A DNA stretch of 64,000 nucleotides from Candidatus Limnocylindrales bacterium (GTDB lineage: Bacteria > Moduliflexota > Moduliflexia > Moduliflexales > JAUQPW01), in assembly GCA_035559535.1 (NCBI GenBank), contig DATMBG010000051.1, positions 310,001 through 374,000 of the forward strand, written 5' to 3'. Both the position numbers and the translations under genes were made by a program. This document shows positions 9,226-18,766 of this stretch, in pieces (positions within the stretch are counted from its first letter, which is position 1; each line of letters opens with the position of its first letter). The notes beneath the pieces were generated by a model. The model had not been told where the DNA came from, searched no databases, and was given only the letters and a program-made list of their open reading frames with translations.

Positions 9226-10269
9226 TTAAGGTATGATGGCTATCTTCAAGGCCTGCCGATCGTCAATAACTTTAAAGGCCTTATCCAGATCCTCCAGAGG
9301 GAATTCATGGGTAATCAAACTATCAAAACTTAGGGGATCTCGGGCAATGAGATTTAAGGCAGTGGCAATATATCGGGGGGTATGATGAAAAACCCCGATG
9401 ATTTTTCTCTCATGATAGTGGAGTTTTTCCGTATCTATCCGTACAGAGGTTCCTTTTTCACAACCTCCGAAGAAGTTAACAGTACCCCCTTTACGGGTAA
9501 TATCGATGGTTCGTTCCCAGATCTCCGGCAATCCTACGGCTTCGATGGCCACATCCACTCCCCGGCCCTCGGTCATCTCCTTGATGGTTTTTTCAGGATT
9601 AAAATCCTCGTAGATGCTGATGACTTCATCGGCACCCAATTGCTTAGCCTTTTCTAGTTTAAAGTTATTTCTGGCAATGACAATAACCCGGGCTCCTTTG
9701 AGTTTAGCCAGACGAACCAGCATAAGGCCGATAGGCCCTGCTCCAATGACGGCCACCGTGTCTCCCATTTTAACGTTGGATTCCTCAATTCCATGGATCA
9801 CACAAGCCAAAGGTTCACAGATGGCGGCCTGGCGGAAAGATACATGGGGTGGTATCTGGAGAAGGTTTTGTCTTACGATGGATTCCGGAACCTTGATATA
9901 TTCCGCATAAGCCCCATTCAAAAACTCTAGATTTTCGCAGAGACTGGGCTGTCCAACCCGGCAATAAAAGCAACTGTTACAAGGAGCCGAATTAGCCGCT
10001 ACCACCCGCATACCTACGTGGAAATTTTTAACCTTTTTCCCTACCTTGACAATCACCCCGGCAAATTCATGACCGAAAGGACTTGGAAGTTGCTTGATCA
10101 TCATGTGATAACCGCGATGATACGTTTTTAAGTCTGTGCCGCAGGTTAACGCAACACCTACCTTAACCAGAACCTCATAGGGTCCTACTTCAGGAACTTC
10201 GACCTCCTCTAGCCGTATATCGTTGGGGCCATACAAAAGGGCTGCTTTCATTAAAAATATGTTATCCAC
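9226..10269 (-). CDS. Zinc-dependent MDR alcohol dehydrogenase (threonine/sorbitol dehydrogenase-like)
   Basis: CGTD, GHE, CNSCFYC...C structural Zn site, GAGPIG. Confidence 0.93.
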   Translation of the reverse strand: MDNIFLMKAALLYGPNDIRLEEVEVPEVGPYEVLVKVGVALTCGTDLKTYHRGYHMMIKQLPSPFGHEFAGVIVKVGKKVKNFHVGMRVVAANSAPCNSCFYCRVGQPSLCENLEFLNGAYAEYIKVPESIVRQNLLQIPPHVSFRQAAICEPLACVIHGIEESNVKMGDTVAVIGAGPIGLMLVRLAKLKGARVIVIARNNFKLEKAKQLGADEVISIYEDFNPEKTIKEMTEGRGVDVAIEAVGLPEIWERTIDITRKGGTVNFFGGCEKGTSVRIDTEKLHYHERKIIGVFHHTPRYIATALNLIARDPLSFDSLITHEFPLEDLDKAFKVIDDRQALKIAIIP

Positions 10270-10336
10270 GAAGGGCCCCGAAGTTTTAAATAACCTGTTT
10301 CCTGTTCTTCGGAGTCCTTCGGGGATCCTATGAAAC

Positions 10337-12169
10337 TTATCTCAAGATCTCAATGACTCGAAGGGCCGCCTCGTATTTTCCAAGGGGAGGCATAATATAA
10401 ACTCCCTGAACCATATCCTTAGCTTCTTTCAAGGCTTCTTGGGCAATTCGAATTCCTTCTTCAGCGGCTGCTTCACCTGGCGGCGCCTGTCGCATCCGTT
10501 CACGTATTGCATCGGGGATTTGCATACCGGGAACCTCATTGTGGAGAAATTCGGCATTTTTATAACTCCTTAAAGGAAGAATCCCGACCAGCATAGGAAT
10601 TTTTACATGGGAAGTCCGTTTAAGAAAACTCTCTAGCAGGCGTACATCGTAAACCGGTTGGGTTAAAACGTACTCTGCACCACTTTCGACCTTAAGTTCA
10701 AACCGACGGATTTCCTCATCGATATTAATAGCTCCCGGATTAGCACCCACTCCAATATGGAAAGAGGTGGGCGATCCAATGGAATTTCCCACTAAATCTT
10801 CTCCCCGATTCAGATGACTGATAATCCGTACCAGTCCAATGGCATCTACATCAAAAACTGCCGTGGCGTTGGGATAATCTCCTAGCTTGGGAGGATCCCC
10901 GGTAATAGCTAGAATATTCCTTAATCCCAAGGCATAGGCACCCAGCAGATCAGATTGCATTCCTAATAAGTTTCGATCCCGACAGCAATAATGGAGAATG
11001 GTCTCAATACCTACTTTGGATTCAATCAAATAGGTTAAAGCCAGGGGACTCATTCGGGCACTGGCTCGGGCTCCGTCTGGAACATTGATGGCGTCGATGG
11101 CATTTTCTTTAAAAATTTGAGCCCATTGGAGAATCTTAGAAGGATCCACTCCTTTTGGTGGGCTGACTTCTACACTAATCACAAATTTACCTTCCGAGAG
11201 TTTTTTAGCCAGCTGAGATTTCTGGGCTACCTGGACTGGAACAACCGATTTTTTTGAAGATTCTGGAATCTGTACAGTAATTTGAACCTTATGAGGCTTT
11301 AAGGCCTTTACAGCAGTCCCGATAGCCTTAATATGCGCAGGCGTTGTACCACAACATCCCCCTAAAATTTTAACCCCGGTTCGAATAAACCGCTTGGCAT
11401 AGGTAGACATATACTCCGGAGAACATAGATAGATAAAACGACCGTCAATGAGTTGGGGAACTCCCGCATTGGGTTGAGCAGATAGTTTCATCGTACTAAC
11501 CTTTGCCATTTCCGTCATGGCTTCTAACATAACCTGGGGTCCCACACTACAATTCCCTCCCACCACGTCGGCTCCCCACTCTTCCAAAGACTTAACGACT
11601 TTTGAAGGTCGATCACCCAAAAGGGTATTCCCGTCATCGCCAAAAGTCATCTGGGCCACTACCGGTAGATCACAAAGTTGCCGAACCACTTCAAGGGCCA
11701 GGCGAATCTCATGTAAGCTGGAAAAAGTCTCTAGAATAAAGAGATCCACACCGCCTTCCAACAAAGCTTCCGCCTGTTCTTTAAAAGCTTCTCGGGCTTC
11801 GGCCTGGGTTATTTTTCCTAAGGGTTCTACAGGTTTTCCCAGAGGTCCTATGGCACCCGCAATGAAGATACCCTTCCCGGCAACTTCCCGTGCAATACGC
11901 ACAGCCTGGATATTGATATCCCGGACTTTATCTCCATAATTATGGCTATGAAGCTTAAATCGATTGGCACCAAAGGTATTGGTTTCCAGTATATCTACCC
12001 CGCAGGCAACATACTCTCGATGGACCTCTCGAACCAATTCCGGCATGGATAAATTAAGTTCATCAAAACACCGATTAATATAGATCCCCTTGGCATAAAG
12101 CATCGTTCCCATTGCCCCATCACAGAGAAGAACTTCATTATTTAAACGTTCCAGAAATAGATTCCTCAT
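10337..12169 (-). CDS. yitJ: Bifunctional homocysteine S-methyltransferase / methylenetetrahydrofolate reductase
   Basis: LCDGAMGT, GNCSVGP, GGCCGTTP, followed by an MTHFR domain (EVSPPKG, CRDRN, ITGDPP, TQPVY). Confidence 0.92.
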   Translation of the reverse strand: MRNLFLERLNNEVLLCDGAMGTMLYAKGIYINRCFDELNLSMPELVREVHREYVACGVDILETNTFGANRFKLHSHNYGDKVRDINIQAVRIAREVAGKGIFIAGAIGPLGKPVEPLGKITQAEAREAFKEQAEALLEGGVDLFILETFSSLHEIRLALEVVRQLCDLPVVAQMTFGDDGNTLLGDRPSKVVKSLEEWGADVVGGNCSVGPQVMLEAMTEMAKVSTMKLSAQPNAGVPQLIDGRFIYLCSPEYMSTYAKRFIRTGVKILGGCCGTTPAHIKAIGTAVKALKPHKVQITVQIPESSKKSVVPVQVAQKSQLAKKLSEGKFVISVEVSPPKGVDPSKILQWAQIFKENAIDAINVPDGARASARMSPLALTYLIESKVGIETILHYCCRDRNLLGMQSDLLGAYALGLRNILAITGDPPKLGDYPNATAVFDVDAIGLVRIISHLNRGEDLVGNSIGSPTSFHIGVGANPGAINIDEEIRRFELKVESGAEYVLTQPVYDVRLLESFLKRTSHVKIPMLVGILPLRSYKNAEFLHNEVPGMQIPDAIRERMRQAPPGEAAAEEGIRIAQEALKEAKDMVQGVYIMPPLGKYEAALRVIEILR

Positions 12170-12437
12170 AGGTATTCCTCCGATCGATAGCTGGATTGGC
12201 TAACAGATCAGCCTGCTTATTATATATCGGATTTAGTATCATACATTGGGTTTAAGTAGTGGGCTTGTTTAAATAAGGGTCATCCGTGGAAAGATCGAAC
12301 TGGATAAACTTGCGTGAGTTTATAAGCCAGTAAACGGGAATCAAATAGAATAGCCGACGTCGCTATATAAGTATTTAACAGGCCAGGATTTATATGTGAA
12401 GCACCCACGATCCCGATTAAAAATCGCTGTGTGCTTC

Positions 12438-13148
12438 TCACTTTGAGCTATATAAAAATCTCAAGCAGGTTGGACAACGAAGAAGTTTTTCCCGCGTTTT
12501 TACTTCTGCAAACATCTGAGGAGTTAAAGAGACATGACATCCCGTACAAATTCCGTTTTCTACGGCAGCAACTGCAATTCCGCCACGCACTCTTAAAAGT
12601 CGGATATATTCTTGAACCAGGCTTTTATCTGAAAGGGTTTCAAGTAAAGTCTGCTTTTCTTTTTGTACCCGTATCAGTTCTGCTTCAAGTCGAGCTTTAT
12701 CAGCCTCTTTATCCTGGGTAAATTTTTTTATCTTTTCCTGCTCCGCCGCAACCTCTTTACTCACTCTGGCTACTTCTTTTTTTCTCATCTCGATTTCATC
12801 CAGGAGATATAAAATACGTTCTTCAATCATAGCGTTTTTGCTTTTAAGGGTATCTATCTCCAGTTGCAGGGCAGAGTATTCTTTATTGGTCTTTACCTGT
12901 AATAATTGATTACGATATTTACTGATTTGAGTTTCATTCCCTTCCAGTTCCAGTTCTAAGTTTCTACGCTCCTTTTCCATCTGTTGAACCTCAGCCTGGG
13001 CTTTTGCAACCCGTTGGGTTGACTGCTGGGCCTGCTGGCGGAGTGCTTCTATTTGTTTGGGAACCTCTGCTATTTCTTTCTCCAATTTGGACAGCGTTGA
13101 ATCTAGAGCCTGTAACCGAATCAGCGTTGCGAGAGTTTCGTTAACCAC
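12438..13148 (-). CDS. Coiled-coil protein with C-terminal C4 zinc ribbon (CT398/DUF164-like)
   Basis: LIRLQALD, KTNKEYSAL, CTGC...CPTC. Confidence 0.9.
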   Translation of the reverse strand: MVNETLATLIRLQALDSTLSKLEKEIAEVPKQIEALRQQAQQSTQRVAKAQAEVQQMEKERRNLELELEGNETQISKYRNQLLQVKTNKEYSALQLEIDTLKSKNAMIEERILYLLDEIEMRKKEVARVSKEVAAEQEKIKKFTQDKEADKARLEAELIRVQKEKQTLLETLSDKSLVQEYIRLLRVRGGIAVAAVENGICTGCHVSLTPQMFAEVKTREKLLRCPTCLRFLYSSK

Positions 13149-13506
13149 GAAGGCCTCCTATAAAGCTTTAGAACAGAGATTTACAAAACGAAGGAATTTT
13201 AATTTTCACCAATCCATTCTTAAAACTATAAAATAATCACCCATAAAAGGCTTCATTGTCAAGTGGTTTTTGGGCAGGAGAGAAAAATGAAAAGTCGGTT
13301 TTTTAGAAATCTTCCCTTCCCTTGAGAAGATTTTACCTGATTTTTCTTAAATTAAAATTATAAAAATGTTGACTCTGAGAATATTTATGGATATCTATAA
13401 GTAGATCTCTGGACATAGAGCTCTAAGTATACAGCTAAGCGGTTGAAAATATTATAGAAATAAAGGATTGAATCCTTATAAATAATCAAGTTAAGGAGGT
13501 AGATAC

Positions 13507-14715
13507 ATGGCAGTTACGGTAATTATGCCGAAACTGGGTATGGCCATGCAGGAGGGTACCATTGTTTCCTGGCTGGTCAAAGAAGGGGATAAAGTTGAGA
13601 AAGAATCGCCACTGGCCCAAATCGAGTCGGAAAAGGTTGAATATGAAGTAACGGCGCCTGAATCGGGTATTGTTCGAAAGATTCTGGCTCCAGAGGGATC
13701 TGTGGTCCCGGTAGGGAAAACCATTGCGGTCATTACGGCAGAAAATGAAGCCCTGGATGAAGCTGCCTTTGCTCCTACTCAGCTTATGGCAGAAGCGGCC
13801 AAAGCCGTCGAAACTAAAGCGGTCGAAGAGATAAAACCGGAAGTTGCTCCTAAAAAGGTAGAACCTGAAGAAAGGCAGAGGATTTCTCCGGCTGCCAGGA
13901 ACCTGGCGAAAGAGTTAGGGGTGGATCTGAGTACGGTAGTCGGAACGGGTCCGGGAGGTCGAATTGTTCGAGAGGATATCCTAAGGGCCGCAGAGAGTAA
14001 ACAAAAACAACCTCCAGGCCCCCTTGAGTATCGGGAAGTCATACCCCTTAAAGGAATGAGAAAAGTCATTGCTGAGCGTATGGCTGAGAGTTGGGCAAAC
14101 TCCCCTCGGGTTACTCAGATCATGGAGGCGGACATGACAGAAACCGTAAAACTTCGGGAACAGAAGCTGGCTGAGTGGGAAAGGGAACACGGCGTGCGGG
14201 TTACCTACAACGATATGATTATTAAGGCTACCGCCCTGGCCCTTCTTAAATATCCCATCATGAATTCCACCATAACGGAAGGGGAAATCCGGATTTTTAA
14301 GAATATTAACATCGGTATGGCTGTTGCTCTAGAAGATGGGCTTATTGTACCGGTTATTCGAGATGCCGATCGAAAAACTCTCTTTGAAATAGCTAGAGAA
14401 ACAAAGGATTTATCAGAAAAAGCCAGAACAGGTAAATTAACCCCCGATGAACTCCTGGGAGGAACCTTCACCATTACGAATCTGGGGGGACTGGGTGTAG
14501 AAATCTTTACGCCTATCATCAATTATCCTCAAAATGCTATTCTAGGGGTAGGGAAAATTACGGAGATGCCTGTAGTAAGAAACGGTGGAATTCATATCCG
14601 ATGGATCATGAAGCTGTGTGTGGTTTATAATCATAGAGCAGTCAGTGGCGCTCCAGTCGCCCGATTTACCCAAGAAATTATTGATATTCTGGAAGCTCCA
14701 TTGAAATTGATATAA
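13507..14715 (+). CDS. Dihydrolipoamide acyltransferase (E2) of a 2-oxoacid/acetoin dehydrogenase complex
   Basis: Lipoyl domain (MPKLG..ESEKV), E3-binding domain (ISPAARNLA..GTGPGGRI), GGTFTITNLG; catalytic motif reads NHRAVSG; SD AAGGAGG. Confidence 0.92.
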   Translation: MAVTVIMPKLGMAMQEGTIVSWLVKEGDKVEKESPLAQIESEKVEYEVTAPESGIVRKILAPEGSVVPVGKTIAVITAENEALDEAAFAPTQLMAEAAKAVETKAVEEIKPEVAPKKVEPEERQRISPAARNLAKELGVDLSTVVGTGPGGRIVREDILRAAESKQKQPPGPLEYREVIPLKGMRKVIAERMAESWANSPRVTQIMEADMTETVKLREQKLAEWEREHGVRVTYNDMIIKATALALLKYPIMNSTITEGEIRIFKNINIGMAVALEDGLIVPVIRDADRKTLFEIARETKDLSEKARTGKLTPDELLGGTFTITNLGGLGVEIFTPIINYPQNAILGVGKITEMPVVRNGGIHIRWIMKLCVVYNHRAVSGAPVARFTQEIIDILEAPLKLI

Positions 14716-14874
14716 AGAACCCAGAGACGCAGTTTCCTGCGATCCAGGGATACGGTATTCCGGGACGAAGAGACCTTAGGAATAAGTTTGGATTCCCTGG
14801 GGTTTCACCTCCCGAAGTCTTGTACCCCATGTCACCGGGTCGTAGAATATGGGGTCTCTGTGTTCCCCGATCAG

Positions 14875-15321
14875 GTGTCCGATTATCGTACATATCCTCA
14901 TCTTCCCGTCCCGGCTGTGGGTGCCGTTACTTTTCACAGAGGGAACGTTTTACTGGTCCAAAGAGGAAGAAAGCCGAATATTGGAAAATGGACCTTACCC
15001 GGAGGGGTCGTAGAATTGGGAGAAAGTCCGGTGGAAGCTTTAAAAAGAGAGATCCTGGAAGAATGTGGTATTTCCGTGGAAATAGGAGATGTTGTGGAAG
15101 TAGTGAGTCGCGTCATTCAAGACGAAAGGGGTCGGGTTCAGTACCACTACATCATTATAGACTATGTAGCTAAATATAAGGAGGGAGTTTTAAAACCAGC
15201 TTCAGATATTCTCGATGCCAGATGGGTCTCTCTGGCAGAAATGGAAAAGTATGACCTGACAGAGGGGTTAATCCCTGTAATCCAAAAAGCTGTTATAAAA
15301 TATAAAGAAGATTGTCTTTAA
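14875..15321 (+). CDS. NUDIX hydrolase (start uncertain; ORF open from 14788)
   Basis: Nudix box GGVVELGESPVEALKREILEECGI; YPxxPVPAVGAV N-terminus. Confidence 0.88.
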   Translation: MSDYRTYPHLPVPAVGAVTFHRGNVLLVQRGRKPNIGKWTLPGGVVELGESPVEALKREILEECGISVEIGDVVEVVSRVIQDERGRVQYHYIIIDYVAKYKEGVLKPASDILDARWVSLAEMEKYDLTEGLIPVIQKAVIKYKEDCL

Positions 15322-15452
15322 TCCTCCTTGCCTGTAAAGTGCGAGGGATTCTTTATGAAAAATCTATGAACGGATTGATCATCCATGATGTCGGATTCCT
15401 AGTTCAGAGTTTAAGGGTTCTGAACCATGAGTCCTGCATGAAATGACGGGCT

Positions 15453-16415
15453 ATGAAAAGAGCTGTTAGAGGGATTTTATTGAGTATGATGATTCTCTTT
15501 CTAGGAAGCCTCTCGTATGGAGCAGAAGGACCTGGAAACTTGCCGGAAATTCCCAAGAGGAAAGAACTTCCAAAACGGAATTTACAGGCTATTGAGCGAC
15601 CCAAATTAAGGACTCTTCCAAGGGGTGCGGGTTGGGCAGATTCTTATTTGCCGGAGTATACGAGAAATGTTCTTGATCCCATGGATGGGACCCGAGCCGG
15701 AGATGGGCGGGTTGCCGTTATGCAGGGTCCGGATGCCCGGATTATCTATGAGTTTGCACCCGGTGAAGAAGCTGTTAATGGACCGGGTCCCGATTTGACC
15801 GTCTATACTTCAGAATCCAGAAGGTATTCCGGTCCTTATGATGTGTACGTGGCTAACTACGGTGCTCCTGAGTGGATTTTGGTGGGTCAGGGGATCATCG
15901 GAACGGCCAGTTTTGAGTTTCCTCCCTCGGTTCGTTCTGCTCAATTGGTTTTACTCATGAATCGACATGCCGGAGAAACAGAAATCGATGGGGTTCAGGC
16001 CCTCCACCCGGGAGAAGGTGGGAGAGGAGAGGGAGGAAGTAGTGTTTTTGACTATTATCCCGATGAACTCGTAGGATTATGGTCGGATAGAATAGATACC
16101 AATGAGGTTATAGCTGCCCGAAGTATTCTCCGCGGTAGAGGAAACGGGTATCGGATGCCTCCCAATGGAGAAATAGAAGTGAGTTGGAACCGACCGATTA
16201 CCAATGTTTGGGGAGAAGATGATCTCCTCATCGATGCCGATGGCTCTTATCAGGTCTGGATCACGGATACCCGTGGAAGGGAAGTTTTCCTGGGTCAGGG
16301 GATTAACACCCAGCGGTTTGCCCTACCCGGCGATGTAACGGCTGTGAGTCGAGTGAGGGTCAAGGCAGATAGCCGACGATCTGTAACAATTTATTCCATT
16401 GCAGGCCGACGCTAA
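15453..16415 (+). CDS. Secreted hypothetical protein with two similar beta-rich domains
   Basis: Signal peptide; internal similarity NGPGPDLTVY..YDVYV..LVGQG versus NVWGEDDLLI..YQVWI..FLGQG. Confidence 0.7.
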   Translation: MKRAVRGILLSMMILFLGSLSYGAEGPGNLPEIPKRKELPKRNLQAIERPKLRTLPRGAGWADSYLPEYTRNVLDPMDGTRAGDGRVAVMQGPDARIIYEFAPGEEAVNGPGPDLTVYTSESRRYSGPYDVYVANYGAPEWILVGQGIIGTASFEFPPSVRSAQLVLLMNRHAGETEIDGVQALHPGEGGRGEGGSSVFDYYPDELVGLWSDRIDTNEVIAARSILRGRGNGYRMPPNGEIEVSWNRPITNVWGEDDLLIDADGSYQVWITDTRGREVFLGQGINTQRFALPGDVTAVSRVRVKADSRRSVTIYSIAGRR

Positions 16416-16545
16416 TAAGAAGGATTTATTGTCCGCTGTTCGTTGTCCATGGTGAGTAGATAATTTAGAGTCTTTCTATAGGTTCGAGGGCAGGTTAAGG
16501 GACCAAAGTCCTGGACAACGATAGGCGGACTAAGAACAGAAAATC

Positions 16546-17247
16546 ATGTTAAGACCTGAAGCGGGTCCTAAAATTCTCATGATTATAGTTTGTATTATCT
16601 CGCTTGTCGTGCTGATGGAACTGGATAATTATCTGGGACCGATTTCTATTCGGGCCGAAGAGAGTGGAGGCGATGATATTTTTTCCTTCTTCCTGGACCT
16701 GATTCTAGAGACTTTCCGGCTTTTATGGGAAATCCTTAAGTTTTTTGTCTCAATTTTGGAAAATATCCTGGATACTCTGTTTGGAAACCCTTATTATCAA
16801 GGAGATAGAGAGCTCTATAAACTTTATCGATGGGCAGAACGTGTCTCTGGACTCCCCTGGCAGGTATTCTGGGGACTCCATGCCGAGGAAAGTAGTGTAG
16901 GCAAGAACCTGGGAAGTTATCCGGTTATGAGGGTTTTATCGGAAGATCAAAAAGTTTACTTTCTGGAAATCTGTCAACAGTTAAACTGGGATCCTTATGA
17001 AATTTACGGCTCCAAATCCGGTGCTCTAGGTCCTTTCCAGATTATGCCAGAAACCTGGATTCGCTATGGGGTTGACGGAAATGGCGACGGTCGGAAAGAT
17101 CCCTTTACCCCTGAAGATGCAATCCTGACGGCAGCTAATTACCTTCTAAATAAAGGAGGTCAGGAAAATCTAGAAAAGGCCCTCTGGCACTACAATCCAG
17201 ATTCCGATTACGTTCAGCGGGTATTGAGCTACATTCGGAAAAATTAA
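16546..17247 (+). CDS. Lytic murein transglycosylase (SLT/MltB-like) with N-terminal membrane anchor
   Basis: HAEES, GALGPFQIMPETW, GVDGNGDG..DP, DAILTAANYL, ALWHYN. Confidence 0.9.
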   Translation: MLRPEAGPKILMIIVCIISLVVLMELDNYLGPISIRAEESGGDDIFSFFLDLILETFRLLWEILKFFVSILENILDTLFGNPYYQGDRELYKLYRWAERVSGLPWQVFWGLHAEESSVGKNLGSYPVMRVLSEDQKVYFLEICQQLNWDPYEIYGSKSGALGPFQIMPETWIRYGVDGNGDGRKDPFTPEDAILTAANYLLNKGGQENLEKALWHYNPDSDYVQRVLSYIRKN

Positions 17248-17249
17248 CT

Positions 17250-17663
17250 TTAATCCACGGGCAGAGGTGGAATTAACCTTTCTATCTTAGCTAAGAGATC
17301 TGAAAATTCAAAGGGCTTCTGAATATAATCGTCGGCTCCGTACTTTTTCCCCTCTACTTTGTAAGAAGTCTTCTTATAAACCGCCGTCATTAAAATAATG
17401 GGAGTATGTTTGAGTTGGGCATTTTCCTTAACTTTTTTACATAACTCAAATCCATGAAGTCGAGGGATTAATAAATCACTGATAATAAGATCGGGATTTT
17501 CCTTTTCTATCAACTCATACCCACTTGCCCCATCCCTTGCAAAAATAACCTGATAGCCTTGTTGTTCCAATCGTAATTGCAACAAGTTGATCATGTCTTT
17601 ATCATCGTCGATGATTAAAATTTTTTTTCCCATACTTTTAAATCCCTCTGTAAACCGAATCAT
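17250..17663 (-). CDS. Single-domain response regulator (alternative start 17633)
   Basis: KILIIDDD, PDLIISD, LMTA, GADDYIQKPF. Confidence 0.92.
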   Translation of the reverse strand: MIRFTEGFKSMGKKILIIDDDKDMINLLQLRLEQQGYQVIFARDGASGYELIEKENPDLIISDLLIPRLHGFELCKKVKENAQLKHTPIILMTAVYKKTSYKVEGKKYGADDYIQKPFEFSDLLAKIERLIPPLPVD

Positions 17664-18322
17664 TTCTGCTGAATAACCTCTACCCCCTTGGGAATTTGAA
17701 AATGAAATTTATCCTCAGGTAAGTTGACATTGGTCTGAATATCGGTAAAGTAAACGTCGGTTATATTTCCATACAAATCATACACTGAAGTGTGAACAAC
17801 CAAATAGGTAGAGGGGTCTACAGAGAGAATGAGTTTTGAAAAATCGGGTTGAGCCGTTTTAGGAACCAATTCAAGGTGGTAGGTATTCGGGGGATGCCCT
17901 TCTGTATCCGGAACCAGTTGGATATGAAAATCTTCTTTTAGCTTTCCTCCTCCGGCCAAAAAATTAATAGGGATCCGTGAGCTATAAACTGATTGTATCT
18001 TTTCGACAATAACCTGTTCATCACCGGGAAGATAGAGCCAAAGGGTTTCTCCATCACTGACTAAAAGTTGCTCATTGGGGGGTAGATATTCCCAACGCAT
18101 TTTTCCAGGCTTTTTGAAATAGACGACTCCTTCAGACTTTTGTTTTTGTTTACCTCCCAGGGACTTCAAGGCAGCTACCTGACTAAAATGAGCCTGAAGG
18201 TCTTGGGTATTGTTATATCGGGTTTGAAGTTGATGGATAATCTCATCAACCGAAACGTTCTGGGCTTGCAGAGCAGGATTAATAAAAAACCAGAAACCTA
18301 TCAGCAGAAACAAAAATAACAT
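17660..18322 (-). CDS. lolA: Outer-membrane lipoprotein carrier protein
   Basis: Signal peptide; AHFSQ, KKPGKMRWEY, LVSDGETLWLY.P, F.FQIPKGVEVI. Confidence 0.9.
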   Translation of the reverse strand: MLFLFLLIGFWFFINPALQAQNVSVDEIIHQLQTRYNNTQDLQAHFSQVAALKSLGGKQKQKSEGVVYFKKPGKMRWEYLPPNEQLLVSDGETLWLYLPGDEQVIVEKIQSVYSSRIPINFLAGGGKLKEDFHIQLVPDTEGHPPNTYHLELVPKTAQPDFSKLILSVDPSTYLVVHTSVYDLYGNITDVYFTDIQTNVNLPEDKFHFQIPKGVEVIQQK

Positions 18323-18383
18323 AAACGAATCCCTTTCTTGTGCACTATTTCGTCCATTTAAAGTTCAACCCCTCGATGAAATA

Positions 18384-18412
18384 AGCTTAAATGAAAAAAG
18401 CCCTTTTGTCAA
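18384..18412 (-). promoter_or_regulatory. Putative sigma-70 promoter of lolA
   Basis: TTGACA-N17-TAAGCT on minus strand. Confidence 0.6.
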
Positions 18413-18459
18413 GGGTTGTCGATAGTCTCCGTAACCTCAGTTGAGATTAGCCTTTAGGG

Positions 18460-18740
18460 GTTATAGCTCGACAAGGCTAAATTCGGTTTTAACCTTAAAA
18501 GCTTCGTAGGAGCGATCTGTCAATTCCCTACGCCTTCTTCCCCGCATGCGGGGGAAGAGAGGGATAGAGAGGAAAAGGGGGCTTCCTTTGGTAGCAATCA
18601 TCTTACCTGAACACCCTAAGCCTCGTAAGGGCGGCCTGTGAGATTCTGGTATCGTCTTTATAAATAGGTTGCTCCTACGGAGCTAAAAGATCCGGGGTGG
18701 GACCGTACGGGCTACAAACAGGTCGTCCCACCTGGGTTTT
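18460..18740. repeat. Cluster of degenerate REP/MITE-like palindromes
   Basis: TCTTCCCCGCATGCGGGGAAGA; GTAGGAGCGA...TTGCTCCTAC; GGTGGGAC...GTCCCACC; TIR-like ACAAGGCTAAATTCGG. Confidence 0.55.
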
Positions 18741-18766
18741 TCGGTCATTTAATAGGGTCGAGATAG

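Noticed and set aside
12170-12437. SAM riboswitch upstream of yitJ, or RNase P RNA after the zinc-ribbon gene
   Set aside because: No SAM-I core (ATC..GAG/GCAACC/GTGC) and no GAGGAAAGTCC motif visible on the relevant strand
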